Positions 57,122-64,000 of a stretch of 64,000 nt of DNA are shown one piece after another. The position numbers and the translations under genes are program-made. Numbering within the stretch: the stretch's first letter is position 1; each line of letters begins with the position of its first letter. The notes beneath the pieces are model-generated. The model ran no database searches. It was not told where the DNA came from and worked only from the letters and a program-made list of their open reading frames with translations. This stretch comes from Pirellula sp. (GTDB taxonomy: Bacteria; Planctomycetota; Planctomycetia; Pirellulales; Pirellulaceae), in the NCBI GenBank assembly GCA_021299695.1, contig JAJTEK010000003.1, positions 2,409 through 66,408 on the forward strand, given 5' to 3'.

Positions 57122-58702
57122 TTAGCGTTTGTGGGATTGGATGATTTCAAGAAGCTGTTTTTGGAAATCGTCTGGATCGAAGTACCGAGAAGCTCGGTAG
57201 GGCATCTGCTGAGTCCGCGTCCACATCATCGTCGGAAAATCCCAGTCGTAAGGTTCGGAGGGTAGGACGATTTGACCCGGAATTTCGATCTCTCCGAGGG
57301 CTCGGTTTGCAATTCTCCATTGCACGGCAGACTCCCAGGAGGGTCCGTGGGTCAATGAAGGCAAGGTCCTAGCATTCCAGGCCTCTCGGATCGGTGGGAT
57401 CTGACCGGGCATGACGATCGGATATTGGCATTGGAGAATCGGCTCAAGGAGCTCGAGCATCGCGTCGATGTGCGTCCGAATTTCGTCCGTTTGTCCCGTT
57501 GGATGATTGGCAAGAGGATTCAAAAGCAATTGCTTAAGGGGCTTGGAGTGCGAAACCCAGGATTGCACACTCGGGTGCGAGAAAGGGATCGGGGATTCTC
57601 CCATGGGACCGCAGGGTGCGTCGGCACTGGTCGAATCGGTATTGGAGGAATGGGTATTGGGAAATTGGGTGAGAGCAAGAGCCAGATCGATATGTTCGAG
57701 GTACCATCCGTCCCATTCGGCAAGCGGTTGGCTTGGTGGGTTCGTTTTTCGATTTGCCTCGATCGGATGGTGGCAGCTTGTGCAGCGATGCTCGGTCAAC
57801 TCGGGCCATTCGGATTTGCCCAGGCGATTCTTAAGGAGTTCGAGGCGTTGTTTCGCATTGACCAATTTCCCAATCCGCCAAGTATCGAGCGATTCGGCCA
57901 CGGGGTTTGCAGTAATGATTGGTCCGACGTTGGGCTTGGCCATCGCTGCGGCGACATTATTGTTGTCCCACCAGTGTTTTGGGTAACGGGTCAAAAAATT
58001 CGTCAATTCGAAATAGGTCGGAGGGTGGCCGGCGGCCATCAATTGGTGAGAAACCTCTTGTTGGCCCAGGGGCATGGAAGGTTGGTCGTTGAAATGCACC
58101 TCCTCGGTGCGGCCGAGTTGGCCGATATGGCACGATCCGCACACCTGAGCAAGCTGCCAGGCCGATTCGGTATTGACGCGTCCGTTGGCCGATGGATCTT
58201 TAAAACGCTCTATTCCAAGAGCTTTCCATGAGTTTGAAAGGTGGGAGTCGTCCCAATGGATCGCCGAACCGTGGCAGGCTTGGCAATCGACACCTTGAAT
58301 TCTTTGAGTTCTTGGAGCTAGTTCGCTCGCATGGCACGACACGCAACGGGTTTCTAAAAACTCAAGGTAGACTGGGGCTTGGGTCGTTTCCGGGAAGGAT
58401 TTGTCATGGTCCCAGAGGGCTTGGACGATTCGTTGAGAATCGGCGCTCAGCAGCCGAGCATAAGCGTTCGCATGGGGATCGTGCTGGAACCATATTTCGC
58501 CAGATTGGTTCCAAAGGAAAGAGGTTCCAACGGTGTTTCCGTGGCAGTTGGTTGAGTTGCAGTCTCGCTTGACGAAGAAATCGGGATTCGCACGATGGAT
58601 CGAAGGGGATTGGGCCCGAGCTACGGCTAGGGTGGCAACCGATAGGGTGGCAAGCCAACCAAAAAGAACGGTGTGAAAAACACGGGGCCAAGTCTGGGTC
58701 AT
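57122..58702 (-). CDS. Exported multiheme cytochrome c (4 CxxCH + 1 CxxxxCH)
   Basis: Signal peptide from ATG 58702 (ATGA overlap); CNSTNCH, CVSCH, CQACH, CGSCH, CTSCH; also MAAGHPP. Confidence 0.85.
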   Translation of the reverse strand: MTQTWPRVFHTVLFGWLATLSVATLAVARAQSPSIHRANPDFFVKRDCNSTNCHGNTVGTSFLWNQSGEIWFQHDPHANAYARLLSADSQRIVQALWDHDKSFPETTQAPVYLEFLETRCVSCHASELAPRTQRIQGVDCQACHGSAIHWDDSHLSNSWKALGIERFKDPSANGRVNTESAWQLAQVCGSCHIGQLGRTEEVHFNDQPSMPLGQQEVSHQLMAAGHPPTYFELTNFLTRYPKHWWDNNNVAAAMAKPNVGPIITANPVAESLDTWRIGKLVNAKQRLELLKNRLGKSEWPELTEHRCTSCHHPIEANRKTNPPSQPLAEWDGWYLEHIDLALALTQFPNTHSSNTDSTSADAPCGPMGESPIPFSHPSVQSWVSHSKPLKQLLLNPLANHPTGQTDEIRTHIDAMLELLEPILQCQYPIVMPGQIPPIREAWNARTLPSLTHGPSWESAVQWRIANRALGEIEIPGQIVLPSEPYDWDFPTMMWTRTQQMPYRASRYFDPDDFQKQLLEIIQSHKR

Positions 58703-60249
58703 TGGGTAAATTCCCCTCCGGACCCCGTTACTCCTGCGAGTCCTAATCCGGTCGGTTCGTCTTTCGGTCCGTGATCGTGGTATCGGTGGCAATCGATGCA
58801 ATCGGCTCGGGCGATATTTTTCACCCCTGCGAGTTGCGATTCCTTGCGCTTCGCCTCATCGACGATGTGGCATACTTGGCATCCTTGGATTCCATCGATA
58901 AGGACATCGCTGGAGAGACCACCTAAGAGGGACTTGGGCTCTGATGGGGATAACGCGTTCGAATCGAGATGGATTTTGTGGCAAACATCGCATTGAACAT
59001 TGATATGTGGACCGTGTGAGAAGCTCGCTTTCGTGAGCCATTGAGTGGGCAGAGCGCTCGGTGCGACGATGGACTCAGGGTTGTTGGCCGCAGCGAGATC
59101 GGTTGCGGGTTGATGGCACTTGGAGCAAGCGTAGGTTTTGAAGATCTCGGTCTTTGCAAGCGGGTTGTTCTCCTTAATGAGCTCGATGAGATCTTCGCCC
59201 GACGCGGTCCCTGCAATTCGAAGTCGGTTTTCCTCTTCGACGGACGATTCGGTTGGATTGGAGGTACTTTGCAAACGCTCGGATCGAGCGAGGCGTTGCT
59301 GTTGGCTCGTAGCGACGACATCCAGAAGGTGTTGATTGTCTTTGAAATCGAGTTTATGAGGTAGCTCCAATTGGTGGCACGCTTCGCAGTGCTTGCTAAA
59401 CTCGACCGGCTTGTAGAGGACGTGCGCGTTGGTTTGACGGTCTAGAGAATTGGTTACTGGGATTGAGTTGGGACTTTCAAGAGTTCCGTATCCGGCTATT
59501 GGATGGTCTCTTTCGTGGCAATCGCCACATGTCAATTGAATAGGATCGGAGCCGTTTTTCGGTTTTGTGTATTGATCTCGGAATGCGGGGGGAAGCGAGT
59601 CCCAGGTTTTGGCGGATCGATCGCCAGGTTTCAGGGCTTGTCCTGGCCGCATGTGTTGGGTGTGGCTAAATTGGATGGTCCCTGGATCTTTGGCGAGGCC
59701 TTGGAAGTCTGGATGTCCAGGAATCCCGTCGGTGGAGTCGAAGCTGGTCACTTTGGAGAGAGGTCGATTCGCATCTTTGACGAATTGAGCCAGGTCTGCG
59801 TGGCAACGGACGCAGGATTCATCGGCGATGTCCAACAGGTTATGGTTGATCCCCAAATGCTCGTGGTGGCATTGAACGCACGATTCGAGTGCGAGAAGGT
59901 TGGGTTTCGTCGCAGCCGGGTAATGGTCTGCCATCCTGTGACACGCGTTGCATCTTCGGTTGTTATCTGCAATGACCTCAGGGGACCTTGCGAAACTTCT
60001 GGTGTTGATGGGGCTCCATGGAGCGTGGCATTGCTCGCATCCTGTTTCGTTCCAGGCATGGTGGGCTTTTGAGAGTGTACCGGTACTGAGTTGTTTGGCC
60101 GCGGAAGGGGTCAGCATCCAAAGACCGTAAAGGCCCCCGAGGATCAGACCCGCCCAGCCGAACCACCTCTTCCAGAGAATCGAGCGATCCTCAGACGATG
60201 TGTAGTTACGGTCGATTCGACGTGAACGCTGCTTACCTGTGATCGCCAT
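58699..60249 (-). CDS. Membrane-anchored decaheme cytochrome c
   Basis: N-terminal TM helix; 10 motifs: CEQCH, CNACH, CVQCH, CVRCH, CGDCH, CEACH, CSKCH, CDVCH, CQVCH, CIDCH. Confidence 0.9.
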   Translation of the reverse strand: MAITGKQRSRRIDRNYTSSEDRSILWKRWFGWAGLILGGLYGLWMLTPSAAKQLSTGTLSKAHHAWNETGCEQCHAPWSPINTRSFARSPEVIADNNRRCNACHRMADHYPAATKPNLLALESCVQCHHEHLGINHNLLDIADESCVRCHADLAQFVKDANRPLSKVTSFDSTDGIPGHPDFQGLAKDPGTIQFSHTQHMRPGQALKPGDRSAKTWDSLPPAFRDQYTKPKNGSDPIQLTCGDCHERDHPIAGYGTLESPNSIPVTNSLDRQTNAHVLYKPVEFSKHCEACHQLELPHKLDFKDNQHLLDVVATSQQQRLARSERLQSTSNPTESSVEEENRLRIAGTASGEDLIELIKENNPLAKTEIFKTYACSKCHQPATDLAAANNPESIVAPSALPTQWLTKASFSHGPHINVQCDVCHKIHLDSNALSPSEPKSLLGGLSSDVLIDGIQGCQVCHIVDEAKRKESQLAGVKNIARADCIDCHRYHDHGPKDEPTGLGLAGVTGSGGEFTQ

Positions 60250-60278
60250 AACTTGGTAGGTCCTAGAGCCTCAATCGG

Positions 60279-61325
60279 TTACATGTAGCGAAGGGATTGA
60301 ATGATATGGACGATCAGCAGGACACCGAGCATGACGCTGATGCCTGCGTGAAAAGCGATCCAGCGATGCAGCCAGGCGTGTGCCATCCGCTGCGCGTCGA
60401 ATTGCAGTCGCTCTTCGACGGTTGACTGCAAGGCCATGAGGATTGGGAAGGCGGAGTCGGAGCAAGAGGATTGAAGATTTTTGAACCACTCTTGGGTCCG
60501 TTGCAGGTTGCCAATCGGCGAGCGACTTGTAGATCTCGTGCTGTTTGGGACTAAGTTCCTCAGCAAGAAAGGTTCGATCACCAGCGTATACTGTTTCCAT
60601 ATTTCAATGCGATCTGCCCCATTGAGATCATCGGCCAAGTCTTGTCCAAAAGTTGCCCGTTGCGGATCCCGGCGCTGCCTTGCCCCGACCACGATTGCGT
60701 TGCTCTTGTCGAGCCCCGGCGTCGCATCGGCGTTTCGCATCGAAGGAACAGACAGCCCCGATTTCAGGGCCGATAGTTGGTCCTCGAGAGCGACGAGTTT
60801 TCCGGTGTTGGGTGGTTTGGGGCCCAACGCAACGGTGAGCATTTGCCGATTCTCCAGTGCGCTGAGCAAGGAGACATCATCGATTTGGCTGGGGATTGTT
60901 TCCTGCGGAAGGTTGCCGAGCATCCAACGTGGGATAAAAACCTGCATCACCCAGCCAAACACTCCGCTACTGAGCACCAGAACCAGAAGCGCCATCAAAA
61001 GGGTGGTGAAGGTACCGCCGAAACGAAACCCTGAGTGGATGAAGGCTAGGGGGCCGCAGGCGAGTCCGAGCCAAAGATGGTAGGCGACCCAGAATTTCGT
61101 ACGCCCGAGTTTATATTTTCTAAGCCGTTTCCGTGGCCAAAGCAGCAGCTCAAAGAGAATGATTCCGGCTGCAATACTTCCGACGACCAATCCCGCCAGA
61201 GAACTTCCGGTCGCAGGGCTACCTTTTGCACCCAAGGAATACTGCCATAGGCCACCTCCGAGGATCAGGAGGATCGCTAACGCGATCGGGCCGTAATGGA
61301 GGTGCATTTTGCGAGCCAGCAACAC
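60279..61325 (-). CDS. Putative di-heme b membrane electron-transfer protein (ferric-reductase/NOX-like His spacing)
   Basis: About 5 TM helices; two helices each carry H-x13-H (YHLWLGLACGPLAFIH; FHAGISVMLGVLLIVH). Confidence 0.7.
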   Translation of the reverse strand: MLLARKMHLHYGPIALAILLILGGGLWQYSLGAKGSPATGSSLAGLVVGSIAAGIILFELLLWPRKRLRKYKLGRTKFWVAYHLWLGLACGPLAFIHSGFRFGGTFTTLLMALLVLVLSSGVFGWVMQVFIPRWMLGNLPQETIPSQIDDVSLLSALENRQMLTVALGPKPPNTGKLVALEDQLSALKSGLSVPSMRNADATPGLDKSNAIVVGARQRRDPQRATFGQDLADDLNGADRIEIWKQYTLVIEPFLLRNLVPNSTRSTSRSPIGNLQRTQEWFKNLQSSCSDSAFPILMALQSTVEERLQFDAQRMAHAWLHRWIAFHAGISVMLGVLLIVHIIQSLRYM

Positions 61326-61764
61326 GACAGTAGCCCTTCAAGCGGAAGACGAGTTTGATGCATCCTACGGCAACCGCTTCGGTCCGCTGAATCGAACGAG
61401 GCCATGTCGCCTCAATCGTTTAAAGATTGGTTTTACCAGTCCAATTCTTGTTTCGGAGTCGGTTATGGCGTCTCTCAACACTATATCCTGAATTACAACG
61501 CATTTCTAAGCCGAACTCGGCGCAATCCTGGAGAATCAGTTTCTCACCTCGACGTTCCCCTATTAGTCCTATTGATACTGCGACTGTCACAGCGAAGGGG
61601 CGATTTGCTGACCGGAAGCCTATCAGGGGGCCCGCCGGCCTATTCCGGTGATTTCAGCCTTACCGTTGCAACGTGCGCCGGTAGATTGGGGCTCGAAAGC
61701 AATTATTCGCACGATTCACTACATTTCAGCAAGTTTCAGCACGATTCTACAACTAGAAATGAGC

Positions 61765-64000
61765 TTAGCGATTTCGAAATAGCTTCGGTTTAACGCAGGC
61801 ACTTACCGCAGGCGAAGCTTGGAATCGGCTACCTAGGAGTTTCTCTAACTGCTCGATGACCGGTTGTGGATCGGCGACCAAATCCGGATACGAAACCTCG
61901 AGCAAACCCACACGATCGCTTTGGCTCAGCACATGACGTATCTGCCTGCTGTGAGCTTCCTGCACGTCGATCAAATGCTGCTTTTCCGATCTGGCCTTTT
62001 GACCCTGACGATCGAGCATCACCATCTGGGAATCAACCACCTGCTGCGTAGGCCTGACCATGTAAATGATCTTATAGCGATGGGGTCTTGGCAAAGACGG
62101 CAATAGCGCCGAGATCACCTTCACGACTTTACCGCCAGTTTGCTCGATGATCCTAGGATTCCTCGGTAGCTCCTTGATCTCTTCCCATTCCCAATATCCC
62201 TCGGGATTATCGTCATCGGCAGTCCGCTTGCCATCGGTCATCGGTTCGATGCCAGCTGCCTTAAGCATCTGCATCATGAGCGACGTCCCGGAACGAGGTA
62301 GACCAGAGACGACCAAAATCTCCAAAGGTTCGATGGCCGCGAACTCGGCCTCTTTTCGATCGAACTGCGCTTGCTTTTCGCGATCCATCGCGTCGCGATC
62401 GGATTTGCGCTGTGCTGCCAGCAATCGCAACCTTGCCAACTCACGATGATGGGACTCTCGGATCTCCACGGCTGTCTGGGTTCTAAGATTCTCGATCTGT
62501 GTGAATTTGTCGAACTCACCGAGCCGGTGATAAACTCGTGCCATCATGCGCATGGCAGGTAGAAATCGAGGCGCTAGCTGATGGCAGTTGCGCAGCGCTT
62601 TCTCTGCCTCACGCAACTTGTTCAATTGCAGTAGACTTGTTCCCAAAAGGAACTGCCCCATCGGGTTTCCGTACTGCAATCCGATCGTTGCTAGCGCCGA
62701 ATCGACCGCCTCATGGGCTCGTTGTTGATGCAACTCGATGCGTGTCTTGACCAAATACGCTTGGGCATTGTCTGGGTCGGCCTCAAGCACGCGTCCAACC
62801 GCTGCTAAGCCTTCGTCCCAACGCCGAAGCGCCGCATAGCAACGAGCCAAAAACAACTGGATCTCGATCTCTTGCGGCATCTTGTCCTGCACACCGTGCA
62901 AGAGATCCAACGCGGTTTTGTAATCCGCTTTCTCGATGGCGATCGAAGCCTTGATCAAATCCGCATTTTCGGTACGACCAAAATGGCCCCGGGCCTGATC
63001 GATTGTCGCATCAGCCTCTTCGAGCATTTTCAATTGCAATTGGCAATTCGCAAGGACTTGGGCATAGTCCGACCGGAACGGCTGTGCATGAAAGCATCGC
63101 TCAAGCAGGGGGAGTGCTTGCTCGTACCTACCGGCATACATATAAGCCCGAGCCATGTTCCAATCGTTTTCCCGATGGGTCTCGGCGATCGCCACCGAGT
63201 TGTCTTCGGGGATCTCGTCGATGTACCCAAGCGCGACGAATTGGTCGAGCAGCGCGCGATTCGCTGTCTGGCTCAGTGGCACTCGAGTGCGCGCTGTGCC
63301 TGAAGATGATTCCCAACTGGGAATCGACTCGACATTTCGTTTCTCGGTAAAGACATCCTCAAGCACTCTGCCTTCCATGTCTTTGCCAACAGGCAAGCCA
63401 AAGTGGTGCAAGATCGTTGGGGTGATATCCAGCAAGCGAGCGCCGAAGACCAGTTCGTCTTTGCAGAAACCTTCGCCCGACGCGATAAAGACACCTTGAG
63501 GCCGGTGCCAGATGGTGATCCCCGCCGGGACGCGCGGCGTGAACTTGGGGCGCAGATGGTCGCTATGGAAGCCGTGGTCTGAGACGAGCATCACGGCTGT
63601 TTCCGGTCCAGCGAGTTGAAGCAATCTTTGGAGCATCAGATCGTGGAGACGGTACGCACCGTTTACCACCTCTTTGTACATCTCGAAGTCGTCTTGCGGG
63701 ATTCCCTGATCTTGGGTGGATGGTAGTGCATGAACTGGTGACAGATCTCATCGATGGTTCGGTAATAGACCGCAAAGAAATCCCACTCGGGGTCGATCTC
63801 CATCAATCGCACAGCAGCGTTGTGTGCCGAGAAGGCTTCCGAGAGGCGTTTGGCAAGTTGCAATAAACGCTGGTCTTTCGACTGATCGACCTTGGGTGCG
63901 TTGGGAATGAACAGCCGAATCACATAGTCAGGATCGATATCGTGGGGGCTGATGCGGTCTTCGTTCAGGAGTTCTGCGAGATCATCAGGCCAGTAGGTAC
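61765..64000 (-). pseudogene. Alkaline-phosphatase-superfamily + TPR + sulfotransferase-like fusion, apparently frameshifted near 63709 (pseudogene or sequence error); 5' end outside the window
   Basis: One frame is open from the window edge through WDFFAVYYRTIDEICHQFMHYHPPK. The protein continues in another frame as QGIPQDDFEMYKEVV..MLVSDHGF..LLDITPTIL..ALGY, then TPRs, then VSGLPRSGTSLMMQML. Confidence 0.7.

Noticed and set aside
57425-58231. 268-aa plus-strand ORF
   Set aside because: Antisense to the pentaheme cytochrome; no motif.
61709-61747. Short direct repeats (GCACGATTC x2, TTTCAGCA x2) upstream of the redox operon
   Set aside because: Too short and irregular for CRISPR or a confident operator.
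1-64000. rRNA, tRNA, CRISPR arrays, IS elements, prophage, riboswitches
   Set aside because: None recognised by eye. Intergenic gaps are short and no transposase, integrase or cas motifs were seen. An Infernal/tRNAscan run is needed to exclude small RNAs.

Overview
Gene-dense bacterial DNA with a strong Planctomycetota (Pirellulaceae-like) signature: a DUF1549/DUF1553+DUF1501 pair, DUF1571, DUF1080 x2, a sulfatase and an MtdC-type H4MPT dehydrogenase. I read about 43 protein-coding genes and saw no rRNA, tRNA, CRISPR or transposase. All calls come from motif recognition by eye; no database search was run. Main observations: (1) 52707-61325 (-) is a five-gene operon that looks like a transmembrane electron wire with no catalytic Mo/Ni/H-cluster subunit. 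It encodes a di-heme-b-like membrane protein, a 10-heme and a 5-heme cytochrome c, a NuoE-NuoF fusion, and a NuoG-N-like Fe-S protein whose cluster chain is interrupted by two cyclic-nucleotide-binding domains. This is my best candidate for an undescribed system. (2) 6952-14411 (+) is a Tat multicopper oxidase / SCO / giant MauG-type diheme enzyme operon. (3) 46895-52700 is a type III PKS cluster with a divergent YceI/methyltransferase/ICMT-like operon, ending 6 bp from operon (1). (4) Several unusual proteins: a PGI paralogue lacking its catalytic loops with a 24-bp palindrome over its RBS (missed by the ORF track because it runs off the left edge), an MFS carrying an L7/L12-CTD-like insert, and an S9 peptidase carrying a VHL-beta-like insert. 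The last gene (AlkP-TPR-sulfotransferase) has an apparent 1-bp frameshift near 63709.
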